62,305 nt of DNA, filler included, from Sphacelaria rigidula (GCA_964200075.2; 5 parts of 5 records of this genome joined end to end with filler, not necessarily neighbours in it); one strand, 5' to 3'. Counted from the whole stretch's first letter, positions 1-12,814 are shown. Program-made: numbers and translations. Notes: a model not told the origin generated them from the sequence alone.

Positions 1-79
1 ACGATTCATTCACTAATTGACCGCTTTTCACTCTCAATCGTATCACCTACTCTCAATCTCACGAAAACACTGTTTTGTG

Positions 80-540
80 TCGTCGCCGTCGAGGAGTATC
101 TTCAGCAGGTCAGCCAGCAGTCCATCTGAGCCAAGCAAGGCATCCGCTGTCTCGTCTATCGTAGGCACCACGTCTAGGGACTTGCTCGGAAGTCGCGCCT
201 GGAGTTGGTCGATGATTGCTGGGTTGAGGTATAATAGGGCGACTTGGCGTTGAGGAGGGTGTGAAACCACTGTACCCACCGGATGAGATTCAGGTCTCTG
301 AGCAGTTGATTTGTCGCGGATATATTGCTGCTGTGAGCTACATGGTTTCCTCCCTTCGACATTGATTCCCTTCAGGTGCCTGGAGAAACCGTGTTGGTCA
401 CCTTTCGCGATGTACGCTTCAAGTCGGCTGACGCAGGTCTCGAAGAATCTCTCCACTGCCTGTGCTCTAACACGACGGAGTTCCTTGTTGGTCTTCTTCG
501 AGACGTTCTTGAGGTTGATGTCAGTGAGCGTTGACATCGA
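80..540 (-). mobile_element. Degenerate non-LTR retrotransposon (LINE, RTE-like) ORF2 fragment between endonuclease and RT
   Basis: Frameshifted peptides KKTNKELRRVRAQAVERFFETCVSRLE..GDQHGFSRHLKG..QYIRD and LLRD..IRWVQWFHTLLNAKSP resemble the LINE tether region (RW.E.F..LLN motif). Confidence 0.65.
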
Positions 541-1331
541 TGCCCTCCGTGCTGTTTCCCTCGTAGGCCGTGTCTTACCGAGACCTAAGAGGAGCGGAGA
601 ACGAAACAGACGTCCGATTGCAGTAGCTGTTCATTATTAGTTTTGGTGACCAAAGACCCGCCCGGCGATCAGTTGGCGCTTCTTTCATTACTCACTTTGT
701 TTTTCCTTGATAAGACAGCGCCTCAAGACTAGAAAAACTGCAACAAATAAAACGAGAATCCACAAATAATGGACCAATATTTTCAAGATGACAGAACCTT
801 AGGAACCTGTGACGAAATAACGCCGTTACGTTGAGTAGGTAGTGATGATCTGGATACTGATCGGGGACACTAGGTTGGTACGCTGGCGTGTCTAGGAGGC
901 TGTGCCTACGATGACACCCCTGAATAATGAGAATGTTGTAAAGGCTGACACTTGAAACTGAGGCCAGCAAGACTGGGGAGTCCCTCAACAGCAGTAATCC
1001 AGCAGTTCTTCCACGGGCTGGCGACACAACATCGACATGAGTGCTAGTGCTAGTGCTATTGTTAGTGTCAGAAACAAAGGATTTCGGTAGGAGTCTGGGA
1101 ACTCTGGAAACCTGATACACCACGGACGCGTGGAGAGGGTTCCAGCTGAGGTAGCTGCAGAAAGACGGCTGGCCTGTGATTGATCTAGACTGGAGACTTG
1201 CTGAAGCTGCGTGCAGCGTTAGTTTGGAGGCTCCTTCGACTGTGTGGTACGGCGACGAAGCAAAGAAAGTGCAATTCGCGAAGGTCCGCTGGCCTGCAAA
1301 GGTTCGCCGATAGCCGGTCACAGCTACAGCT

Positions 1332-3559
1332 ATGGCGACACCCGTCGTCATGCGGGGAGATTTGCGACCTCCCCAATACGGGGATAGGTACTCAGAGAGT
1401 GCATCTCGCCCTTTTATTACGAAGTACTTTGAGTACAAGAAGAGTGTGAAGCACGCTAACGCAGGGAGTGCTGTGAGGCATCAGGTGGTGCCAATGGCTC
1501 AACAAGTGCCAACTTATGCACAGAGAGTGTTTGCTCGTTAGGAGCAAAAAAAAAACACAATCACCCGGCCGCAATTGGTTGCGGCGATAAGAAGGCATAC
1601 TGGGCATGCGGCGGGCACTTACCACTGTTGTGGCCGGGTCGGCCAATACGCGCGCGATTTCCTACTGTCTTTCGGTGGAAAGTCTGGGCAGTCTCATGCC
1701 GCGCGTCATCAGCATTGTCAGCATAAGGGCAAAAGACGAGGTAATCGTGGTGGCGGCGGCGGATTCTCCGGTGGTGGAGGGTCGCAGTCGATTCCTCGGC
1801 AGCAGCCGCAGCAGCAGCAGAACCAGCAGCATCATGGGTCTGGTTCTGGGTCCGGCGCCGCTGGAGGTGCTGCTGCTTCGCAACGGCCGGTGCAGGTGGG
1901 ACCGACTTCTACAGTGTCGAACACTGCGCCGGCGCCGGTAGTGGCGCCGACGGCGACACCGGCAGCAGCGCCAGGCGCGACGCCTGCTGACGCACTGGCC
2001 GGAGGTTCTCCAAATTCTTGGTTCGCTGGCTCGGGGTCATACCCGCCAGCGGTGCCGTTTGAACCTGCCGGGGCAACCTCACCTGCGCAGCTTGCGCAGT
2101 CGTGGCGCCAAGTGGAATTAGCGGCGTATCGGTCGGCCAATAAATTGTCAGTGGAGTTTGCGGACAGGTACGCTCCTGCGGAACTGTGCCTTCCAAATCA
2201 ATGGGAGCGGGGAGCCATTGCGGTTCAGGCTACGTGAGATTCTGGCGCCCACTTGACGGGTCATGTGAGCGTGTCGGTACAGATTGTAGAGTATTGGAGA
2301 GTCTTCTCCCGGGTGTGCCGCTGCCCATTCCACTTTCGCTCGGGGCGCTGCAGGCCGTCACCGCGTCGGATCAGCATCTTTACGTCACAGAGCGTACTGT
2401 TCCGCTGCAGCTGACTTTGATTACTTCCTGGGGGCTGGCGCCGTTGCCTCCGATCTCGTTTGCGATCATGCCGGGGTCGGATGGCGTCATTCTTCTGGGG
2501 TTGCCGATGATTCAGGAAATTGGAGTCAATGCTCGGCGGTTGTGGGATTCAATGAAGACGCGGACGTCTCTGTCTGGTCCACGCTTGGAGACGCCAGCCG
2601 TTATGGGCAGTCATCGCGTGAGCTTGTCGGTGGATGATTTTCAGGAGGCTGGAGGGCAGGTGATCGTGGAGCTGGATGCGGCGGTGGAACGCTCAGTAGA
2701 GCGCGGCCCGGAAGTGTTAATGATTCCGGCGAAAAAGGAGTCCGCTCGGAAAGTCGCGCTGGAGGAGAGCGTGACGGATGCTGGGGCGACAGGCCTCAGC
2801 GTCTCAAAAGCGGAGCGCCTGTGCGGCATATTGCATTGCCGCGTCAATGCGTGTTGTCGTGCGCTGCGGGGTGATCCCCCTGCGCGCGTGGAACCTATGC
2901 GTGTTGAGCTCAAATCTGGGGCGTCCGCGGCGAAGACGAAGCCGCGGCGGCACGATCCAGTGAAGTCGAGTTGAATGTCGTTGTGCATGGCGGCCTTTTT
3001 GGCGCTCGGGTTGGTGTCACAAAATTCGCAGGCCGGGTGATCCAGTCCAGATATGGCGTTTCCGAAGAAGGCTGCATCGTGGACGGGGGGCAGGCTGCAG
3101 GCGTGGGCGGCAGCAAAGGATCTGGTGGCTCATCCTGTGGCGCTTCATCATCCTGATTGTCAGGTGTCAATGTTACCGGATGCATTTAAGTGCCATTGGG
3201 GTAGCTTGGTCATGCAGGTGCCTACTGTTGGAATTCAAATGCCTGTGCGCGATGTGACTACGTATGGTCCGTGTGAACCTGATGACTCGATGTCGTCCAA
3301 ATCTGTTGTCCGCCAAGCGCAACGGAAAGACCTTGGAGCCGAAGATGCGGATGTGCAATCTTTCGAGTCGGACGTTGGTACTGCTATCTTAGGCAGTAAA
3401 GGTATGTTTCGTGTGCATGTGCGTGGCCGAAACGCATTGTGGATTCCGAGTTCGGACACGCAGTTGCAGGTACGTCTGATGATTTGCGCGCACATGCGCG
3501 ACGCCGGGCGTCGTGGTGTGGCTGCGACGCTCATGCGCTTGCAAGAGTTTGAACCGTAG
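1332..3559 (+). mobile_element. Internally deleted, degenerate Ty3/gypsy element A (gag, zinc knuckle, protease, RT start, RNase H remnant, integrase Zn-binding start)
   Basis: Gag-like ORF at 1332; degenerate knuckle YHCCGRVGQYARDF (~1620); protease-like FAIMPGSDGVILLGLP; RT N-terminus GDPPARVEPMRVELK..SSPDMAFPKK jumping directly to RNase H-like PDAFKCHWGSLVMQVP; integrase-like LQVRLMICAHMRDAGRRGVAATL. Stops and frameshifts throughout. Confidence 0.8.
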
Positions 3560-3730
3560 CATGAATCTGTTCGCATGTCCAGTCGTAGTCAGATACAAGA
3601 TAAGAAACCCAATTTCATTATTGTGATCAAAATCAGCTACTTCCTGTGCGTTACTGACTACTCTTACGTGGGTGTCAGTACTGTCTACTCCAACTGCGGA
3701 ATCCTGACTGGATGAGACAGCCACTCCTGC
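3555..3730 (-). mobile_element. Possible gag fragment of a third LTR element in opposite orientation
   Basis: Minus-strand peptide NAQEVADFDHNNEIGFLILYLTTTGHANRFMLRF lies between the two gypsy bodies and resembles retrotransposon gag N-terminal segments; recognition is weak. Confidence 0.3.
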
Positions 3731-4099
3731 TGTCGATCTCTCCTCTCAAGACGTTTCTGTTCCTGCTCTCGTTGGAAGGCTTCTAGAACGTGTGGCAATA
3801 GGGCTTACTCTCGACGTACGTCTGCTGCGGAACCCCTACATCCTGTCGCTGCCTAAGCTCATCAATTCCTTCGGGACGATTTCTGCCGTAAATAATTTCC
3901 AAAATTCCCGGATGCGTCAGTGAAGTTACCGCCCGAAGGGACCATTTTAACTCGAGGAAATTTGTCCCGTTACTCTGACTGAGACTTCTTATAACTTCAG
4001 AACGGATGGCTCTCCAGATAAATTCATCCGTTACAATCTGTATTACTTCTATTCACACCTCAAGGTTTCTTCACCTCAGATTTCTTCTTCGTCTTCGCG

Positions 4100-7000
4100 A
4101 CGAAACTATTCTATCCACACCTTCGACCACGCTTCTGGATTTTTCCAGAATGCCACCCACCCTGATACAGTCCCACTAGCAGCGTTCTGTACATCTTCGG
4201 GGCTCTACGAATGGCTCCGTATGCCACAAGGTGCGGCCACTGCACCAGGTTGTTTCCAACGCTTAATGCAACGCGTTACAGAGAATCTCGAATACGTCAT
4301 CATGTATTTGGACGACGCTATCGCATTCGATGCCTTCCCTCTTGCGCATGTGCACACCTTACGAGAGTTTCTTTCTCGACTGCGGAAACATGATTTGCAA
4401 CTGCCTCCATCCAAAGCTCGCCTTGGCGCGACTGAATTTGAGTTTCTGGGACACTCAGTTTCACCGGCGGGTCTACACCTCGAAACCAACAAAGTCAGGG
4501 CAATGACTGAATTGCCGATGCCCACAAACGTTACTCAGCTCCGCTTATAATTAGGTGGGCTGTCCTACTATCGCAAATGTTTGCCTAACCTGTCCAAACG
4601 GATTCACCCCATTACGGACTTGCTTAAAAAAGACGCCGCGTTTGTTCTCACCAAAGGTATGGTAGCTATCCTGCGCGACTTGCTGAAAACGCTCACCGAA
4701 AACCTGATCCTTTGTTTCCCACACTGGGATGCCGTACAAGACGGCTCTCGCCTCTTTCAAGTGCATACAGACGCGAGCACCGACGGGTTCGGCGCGGTCC
4801 TGAATCAGCTTCAACTCGGTGGCTGAGTGATGCTACGGTAGGGTTGCACTTTTTGAGCGAAAACGTTTCCCGGGGTGTTGCAAGCATCATGTTGAGAATC
4901 GGCATCATTTTCACTTGAAACAAACTGAAAATGATGCCGGTTCACGAAAAGGCCCCTGTGTGCATCTCCATGTCCTGTTCCCGGAGATTTGGGTTGCACA
5001 GTAAGCCCCATATGTTTGGGATCCTACAAAAACGAGACCCAGAAAAAAGAAGTGCAACCCCTATCGTAGCATTGGTCGGCTCTATTCGACCCATCCTCTA
5101 TATCAGTCGCGCCGCCATGCCAAACGAGGCCAACTGAAGTCCACTGGAGCTGGAAGGCGGAGTCATCACTTGGGCCATTAAGCGCCTTCGACAATATTTG
5201 TTCCATATGCCTTTCCAAATCTACACGGATCACGGAGCACTTGAACAACTCGCCAAAATTGGCGAACATACCCGCGTGTGCAACGCTGGTTGGAGTTCCT
5301 GACAGCTTACCAGTATACTGTCAAACACCGCCCTGGCAAAACCAACGGGAATGCTGACCTTCTTTCCCGCTTGCCCCTCCTTCCAACGGCTGTCGATTTC
5401 AGTCCCGCTTGCCAACTGACTAAACCCGATGAGCCCGGCCTGTACCCTATCCGGCGTTTCTCAACGCCCATTAACGCCCTTGACCTTCATTGCCCAGAGA
5501 CGGTTAGGCACATGGGCGGCCCTCGCCCCCTACCGTATGATGCAGTTTTGGATGGACTACAGCCCACAGATGCCGATCTCGCCTATTCCCGTACTATCGG
5601 TCCTCGCGCAAATATTTCAGCTTCGCCACCTCCAGTTGTCCATCTCATTTCCGACAATACGCGCTCTCGGTCTGCCGCCCGCGCTGACTCCCCCGCGCGC
5701 CCCACCGCCACCGACAACACCTACTGCTCCTGCGAGCAGCGTAGCGCCGGCTCCCCGCACCACCGCACCACGAGCTTTGACAACCCCCGCCATGCGCCGC
5801 TCTCACAGCAAGCGCCGAGTGCGATCTCCGGCGTGCACTACTACGACATCGCCGCCCGCCGCGGCCCCGTCAGTGCCCACCCCTTCTGATACTTTCGATG
5901 TTCATATCGACGTTGGCACCTCCCCCCTGTCACCTGTTCCACCGCTCGCTGACCCTCCATGTCTGGTCAGCTCTCCGGCGGAAGGCCACCTGCGCGAATT
6001 TCTTGCCAGTAACTCCCATCGTGATTGGGCTCGTGAACAACAAGCAGAGCCATTATGCCGCGCAACCATGCGGTACCTCCGTGCTGGCTGCCCTGCCCCT
6101 ATCTCAGCCAATATATTGCCTTCGGTTGGCACTCTGCCACCACCAAATGCCGCTGAGATGTACGAACTCGCACAGAAAGGTACTACCTTCACAACTGAAG
6201 ACGGAATCAAACTCCTTGTCCGCCGTCCTACGCCCCAGCAGAGTGTAACTTCACCCGCGCCCACTAGACGTCATGCACGCCTACTCGACGATGAACTCAC
6301 TCGGATGTATGTCCCATTTTTGATGCGACCGTGGGTAATGAAAGGCTGTCACACTGACCTGTCTTGCCACCTTGACGTCACGCGCACATCAGCGTTACTC
6401 GAACGGGTCTACTGGTGGATCGATATGGAAGTGTCCACCCGCTTCTGGATTCGGCGCTGCTTCAAGTGTCGAGCTCGCAAAACCTCACGACAAAAACTAT
6501 ACGTTGGCCAGCTGTTTCGATGGCACTTCCCAACGCTCCTGGTCACTTCGCGTGTTTCGACTATTCCGGTCCTTTGCCACCTACTGACCGTGGCAACACC
6601 TATATCTTATTCTTTTCCGACCGTTTCAGCCATCACGCAGCCATGTACGCAGTCACCGCTGGAGACTTCACAGCGGCGGGCACAGCTAATATCTTAGTTC
6701 ATGACTACATCAAGCATTATGGTTGCCCGAAACGGCTTCTCTCCGACCATGGTCAGCAATTTTGCTCCGATCTCTCGGACGAACTGTATACGCTCCTGGG
6801 CATTCGCAAGATATCCACAAGCGCGTACCACCCTAATGGTAACGGTGGTACTGAAAGCGTTAACCATCCCATGGCCCAGATGCTGTCTATGGTAGTCAAA
6901 GATCGACAAAACGGTTGGGATCTCCATCTCTCATATGTCATGTTGTTTTATATCAATTCAGTCAACGCTGCTACCGGTCTTTCTCCGAACAAGTTACATC

Positions 7001-8220
7001 TCGGCCGCTACCCGCGTTTGCCCACCACCGTGTTTGAGAGACACAACACTCCATGGCCACCAAGGCTTGGATCAGGATCAGATATCCTACCACGACCTGG
7101 CGCGTACACGCCAGCGCAAAGCTTTCACTCTCGTGCGTGAGCAACACGCCATCAACGCCTCGCGCCTTGGCAGATCTGATAATGCTCTCTACAACCTGAT
7201 GCAAAAACGACCTACTTGGAAGATTGGCGATTGGGTCTGGGTTTACAACAGTTTGTCAACCATTCGCCAAGGCGCCGACGGAGCTGCCAACGAGACAGTC
7301 GTGAACACTAAGCTATCCTTCAACTGGACAGGACCATTCAAGATTCTGACCGTAGGGCCCTCGACATCATCACCTGATGGCAAACCTGTTGGTGACAAAC
7401 TTCTTTATATCTCGATCTTCCTCGCGATCTTCAAGGACATGACGCCAAATCTCGCGTCTCTGTGCACCGCTGTAAACCTTGCATTCATCCGCATGACACT
7501 AGAGACATGCCCAAATATCTGCCTGCCGGTCTTCCGCAGTGCGTACTTAACAGCTATTCGACCAAATCACCGCCTTATCACGTTACTACCGACGATGAGA
7601 CGGAACAACCTCTTCGTCTCGCCGTGTCCCACATTTCTGGTCACCAGATCACCCGCGGTCGAGGCAGTAAGATTGCTGTCATGTACAAAACTCACTGGCA
7701 AGGCCTTCGGAGAGCGTCTTGAGAACGCGAATCCGACCTTCAGCTGCACCGCCGAGCGATTCTCCTGTACTGGACACAACCTCAGCAGCAACATCTTGCT
7801 AACAACAAGAAATATCGCAACATACGCCGCGGCGCAGCAGCACGCGAACTTAACCGTGACATAGGTTTGCGCTTTGTCGCCGATGACTATGAATTGGTAG
7901 CCACCCAGCAGTGGGAAGAAAAGATCCGCGCAAAACAGGAAATCCTCCCCAACGGCGCCTACCTTTGGTACAAAGGCAGCGACAACCTCTGGTGGCTAGG
8001 CCAGACCCACTCCACAGACCTCATCGCGCCTGACACAAACATCGTGCGCTTCATCGATGACCCCGCACCCGTGCAGCTCAAGCTCCGCCCAGAGCTCTAT
8101 ACCACCAGTCCACCCGCACCACGAGGGGCTTGGTGTCTTCAGCGACTAAAATCCAAAGGCCTCCGCCGCGGAATCCAACATAATATCGACCGCACACATG
8201 ATGTTAACGCACCGCTTTAA
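4100..8220 (+). mobile_element. Degenerate Ty3/gypsy (chromovirus-like) element B pol: RT, RNase H, integrase, chromodomain-like region, extra C-terminal domain
   Basis: RT motifs GLYEWLRMPQGAATAPGCFQRLM and YLDD; RNase H HTDASTDGFGAVL, IYTDH, QRWLEFL..HRPGKTNGNADLLSR; integrase Zn finger H..H..CFKC; core SDHGQQF and SAYHPNGNGGTE; GPF motif WTGPFKI; chromo-like ISGHQ..YKTHWQGL. Multiple frameshifts and stops. Confidence 0.93.
4825..5077. mobile_element. MITE (GAG..CTC-type TIR family, 4-bp TSD) inserted in gypsy RNase H
   Basis: TIRs GAGTGATGCTACGGTAGGGTTGCAC / GTGCAACCCCTATCGTAGCATTGGTC; TSD GGCT at 4821-4824 and 5078-5081; RNase H peptide LNQLQLG|GSIRPILYISR resumes after it. Confidence 0.88.
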
Positions 8221-8962
8221 GCTCCCACAGACCTTCTGCTTTCCGATCCACGACATTTTTCCTTACTCATTCATGTTCTTCCCCTGTCGTTTAGATATTT
8301 CCCTCTGCTTCCATCATCCAGGACACACCAGTGCCACCCACCGACTTCTTCAACAGCCTACAACCGGAGCTCCTTCGGCGCACAACTGCGGACAACGAAG
8401 GAACTTGCTTGGAGCACCTTCATCCTCGACTACTGGAGCTTTTCGTATTCTCGCTTTTGGCTTTTTATATGACTGGCACTGGACCCCTTGCAGTCTTGGA
8501 GTTGCTTATTCCCTTGCTTCATCAGCCACTATGCGCTCACCGCATGTGATTGACCTTTCGGCGGTTGGCGTTGGTACCACCCACGTAGACGTTGTGCCGC
8601 TGGCGTGGTTTCCCTTTTGCCTCTTTATTTTGGCTAGCATGTCGAAGCATTTTGTGTTCGTCTGTTTAGTTCGCTAGTCCGCAGCGGCGTTGTGTGCTCC
8701 TGCGCCTTCAAGCGCACTTGCGCTTTTCGGTAGCAGATTTCGCTTACCTTGTTTAAGGTGTGGGAGGATCGGGCAACGGAGTGAATGTTGCCCTCGTCGT
8801 CTGAGGTGTACCTTTTTTTTAGCCACTACGACCGAGTGCTTTTATAGCATTGAGTCCGCTCTCCTTGTCACTCATGACTTGACGTGGAGAAAAACCTCGA
8901 CTTTCGTTGCTTTTCGAGATTTCTCATCGCCACTGTAATAGAGGCTCGTCTGGATGGGCGAG

Positions 8963-9362
8963 TGTCATGAATCTAGGAGGCGTATATGATTGAATCTAGG
9001 ATTCTATAGTTGCGGGTCTGATCAAGCTTGACTAGGCCGGATGTGAGACTGATAAAAGGTACAGGCATGGGTCCTTGAGCCCTTCCGCCGTACTCGCTAA
9101 GGTTAAGCTGACTGCTACGCAATTACTACAGCCGGAGAGCAGCTGAGAGAGCATTGAACGGAGCGATGACGAATACGAGTGAGCAATGGTCTTTTGTATA
9201 AAGTGGGTATAGCTTACTGCGTGAAGCTATTGTGGCGTGAACTGATTTGGACACGCCCTTAACCCGAACCTTTGGGAGGACAGAACTACCAGGGTTGACC
9301 TTGGAAGTATCTGACGTGACCGGCTTGCAAACAAAGCAGTGCATCCCGCTAACACTATAACA
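8963..9362 (+). mobile_element. Probable 3' LTR of gypsy element B
   Basis: TGT...ACA bounded ~400 bp directly after a purine-rich tract (GGATGGGCGAG) downstream of pol; no matching 5' LTR found in the contig. Confidence 0.6.
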
Positions 9363-9576
9363 CGTGACGCGCCGAGGGAGTGTTCTGAAATGATCTATTA
9401 CCGACTGTATGTGAGTGGAATGATGCGTTGATAACATGATTGATGCCCGCACAAAACGGTCGTTACTGCAATGCACTGAAACGACGGTGATATCAATACT
9501 GTGTGTTGATCGTCCGGCACACTGAGCAAGGATGATGTCTTGGTTTCGTCCCATTTTGTCGAGATGATGACCATTT

Positions 9577-9635
9577 TTAGGGTTAGGTTAGCGTCCTAGC
9601 CCTAGCCCTAGCCCTAGCCCTAACCCTAACCCTAA
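9577..9635. repeat. Interstitial telomere-like repeats, inverted arrangement
   Basis: TTAGGGTTAGGTTAG followed by (CCCTAG)n(CCCTAA)3. Confidence 0.7.
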
Positions 9636-11719
9636 GTTGAGACATTGCTGTGCCACTATCTTTTACGCTGACTGTTTCATCTGAAGGAAAAACGCCTTGT
9701 CGTGTTTTGCAGTACAGCGCACATGCGTAACCTGAAGCAGCAGTCTCCACATACACCTTGTCATGTAGGGTTGAACACTGGAAAACGTACTGTCTGTTTT
9801 GAACACTAGTTCGCATGCATTTGAACGTTTCAGTGTACGGTTGACCACCCCGACAGAGGTCTGGGTGGCGGTGATACACGTGATTACACTCTCATGCATT
9901 TACTACTGTAGCGCCCCCGTTGATTACTTTCCTGCGTGTTTGATGACATGTGAGGCTGGTATGTCCGCACCATCCCGGGTGAGACATGTCCATATGATGG
10001 AGTACCTTACATGTTTCAGTGTATAACAGTACAAAAGAGTAATGCATGTTCTACGACCGAGTACTCATGTCAAGGTGTTGTGCGTGTTGAAAACGATGCT
10101 CCAACTACGCGGCATGTTGATTTTCTGTGAACAAGCTACTGCGGAAAGCTGAATGACATGTATCACAGTCGACGCTATTTACCCACGGACTGGTACGCTT
10201 TTCAGCAAATTGCCCTCGCACTGTATTTGTGCTTTATTGTCCAACATATGCATTTTTGTGCTGCACAAAGCTTTGATTTCTCATAATTAGGCTTCGTCGT
10301 ATGTGATCTGGAGGACAAATGAAGGAGGAATTATCGATCGTAGTCATGCGGTATCGTATGAGATACCACAGTACAGTACGGTGTTGTTTGAACGTTCGTA
10401 GATTGATGTGACTACTCATTTCCCGATTTCCCCTCGAAGGCGTGACCTGCCCTGCGTTGCTGACGAGTCAACCCCTCACTGGAGAGACGAGTGACTGCTT
10501 CTCCACCCAGGCGGATGCACGAATAACGAAGGCCAACCCCGCGATGACGCAAGAAGTGACGAGCGGGACTGCGCGATGAGGGCCAAGGCACTTTATAGAG
10601 TGCGCACGACTGGATGGAGAAGCAGTGCCCGGGGCAGCGGTCAAAAACGCCGGGGAAATCATGTTGCTGGTGTTGTGACATATGGTATTTTCGGTTAGAA
10701 TTTGTGTTTTTTTTTCAGTCTGGTATCTCGAATTGATTTTTTCATGTGCCTTTGCAGTTGAGCTTTTGATTTTGATATGTGGAGTACATTGATTTGTTTG
10801 GTGAATCATTTGTTTCTGGTTATTTCTCCAAAGGAATTTCTTCTTTCAGTAGTACATCTTCGAGTCCGTACAGAGTTTCGTTGTGTTCTGCATGGCTTCC
10901 TAGTAGGATGGATGACGTACATGCGCATGCCTCGGACTCTTCGATGCGCCCCAGTGATGCCATCGACATCGTCGGTCGGTGGGAGGAGGGGGGGGTATCA
11001 ACTCCGTCGACGACGTCGAAAACACACCAGCACTCCCTCCTCCGCCAGCTTTTGCCAATCCAACTAGGCCGACCACACCGACCGTAACCACTCATATCCA
11101 CCGTTTGCAAGGTTCTGTCGTCCTCACGCCGATGCTCCCGGTTATGTCGGCATGTGCGATTTATACCACGCTACCCGTCCCAAACCCATGTCGCCGCCCG
11201 TACCAATACTACTTCACTCACCATCTTTTACAACTCGCACCGTGCGATGGCTGCCGCCGTTGACGGCTACCATCATTCATTGTCTGGCGACAAATACCAC
11301 CTGCGCCCGCTACGCTTACAACGATGCTGTCTCGAGAACCACGCCATAAACCAAGGTCTTCGCCGCACCGTGGCTGCTGCCGTTCCACCGTTGACACCCC
11401 GTCGCGGCCACCTTCCACAATTTGCCCACAGCACCGCCCCCTCCCAGTGACTGCACCTGCTCCCAATATTTCCGCAGCGCGGTGGCGCCGGTCACCGTTA
11501 AAACGCCATTATCTGTCGCCGTGCCGTCGATATCGCTATCGTTCGCTTCGCCAACAGCTTCTGATACGCCCGAAAACGCTACCACCACCGCTGACATTAC
11601 GATCAAGCCGTGACGGACCACCGAACTCAAAGCCCGTTCCGCCTACAGCACCACCAAGTAGGAACTGAACGCCGAATTCGAAGCCTTCGCCACCGACACC
11701 ACAAACACCACTGTAGTCA

Positions 11720-12345
11720 TCATCGGAGCTGGGGGGCGCGGAGGGGAACTTGTGCAGAGGGATATTGGAGCTGGGGGGCGCGGGGGAGTCGTCTACCGTG
11801 CAATAATGGATTGAAACGGTAGTGTGCGTGTGTTTTGGTTATTTTCAGTATGTGTTTCTTATCGGCTCTGGACATGGAATGGAGTTTTGAAATTTATAGG
11901 GTGATAGGAAGAGTAATCCTCAAGAAGAGATTCGTCGACTACCACACTGGTATGGTATGTTGCTTGATATGATATTGAAGTTGGAGACAAGATTGCCGTT
12001 GCCGTTTCAGGTACGACATTGAAGATGGTGTTTGTTGGCAGATATTATAACGTCGGGAGCAAGACTTTCAGAACCGTTTCTGTTGAAATAGTGAAAGTGG
12101 AAGAAATATCGCCAATAATGTCTGTGGTCAGATAGTAAGGTTGGACGCAGAATTTTAGGGTTATTTGTATTGTTTTGGGAATTTGAGTGTTTCATGGGAG
12201 ATGATTTTCCGCAGATGGTCTGTGAGGATTGAGTTGAGAGATATGTACCAACACTGAGTACGTGATAACAGCCGATCCTAATTCTTGGGGTTGACACATA
12301 ATATGAGGTTGAAGTCCCCCCATTTCTCCATTGCAGGGAAGATAC
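11720..12345. mobile_element. Possible LTR-retrotransposon 3' remnants
   Basis: Duplicated GGAGCTGGGGGGCGCGG purine tracts at ~11724 and ~11767; on the minus strand a GAGAAATGGGGGGA tract precedes TGTCAACCCC at ~12297. Confidence 0.3.
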
Positions 12346-12383
12346 AAAAAAGTAACACAGAGCGAAAGTATCTCCCCCCCCCA

Positions 12384-12483
12384 NNNNNNNNNNNNNNNNN
12401 NNNNNNNNNNNNNNNNNNNNNNNNNNNTTAATTAATTAANNNNNNNNNNNNNNNNNNNNNNNNNNNNNNNNNNNNNNNNNNNN
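12384..12483. other. Artificial contig spacer
   Basis: N44-TTAATTAATTAA-N44. Confidence 0.98.
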
Positions 12484-12814
12484 CATTCACTGATTGACCG
12501 CTTTTCACTCTCAATCGTATCATCTACTCTCAATCTCACGAAAACACTGTTGAACACAAGGCGAAAAACATATTGACCCACGACAAAGAAAAACGTTCTG
12601 CCCATCTGCACACCTTTGCACACAATGAGAAGTTGAGTTACTGAGAACGTTCTATTCTTGAAGGAAACTGCAAACATGCGGCACGGCACTTGTCTACATC
12701 GATCAGAATAAAAAATGATACATTTGAAGAGGCACATAACTTGCGGGCATATACCTGCATGCAGCGTGTTTTGTCCTTTCTATACGAGTATACACTTGGT
12801 GCTAGTGCAGACCA

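Noticed and set aside
644..653. TGGTGACCAA as primer-binding site complementary to the tRNA-like element at 13425
   Set aside because: Only 10 nt, no adjacent LTR end matching 8963-9362, and on a different contig; may be chance
692..1438. 248-aa minus-strand ORF as a gene
   Set aside because: No recognisable domain; overlaps the retroelement leader and gag antisense
12428..12439. TTAATTAATTAA as a biological site
   Set aside because: Identical N-padded linker at all four joins; artificial
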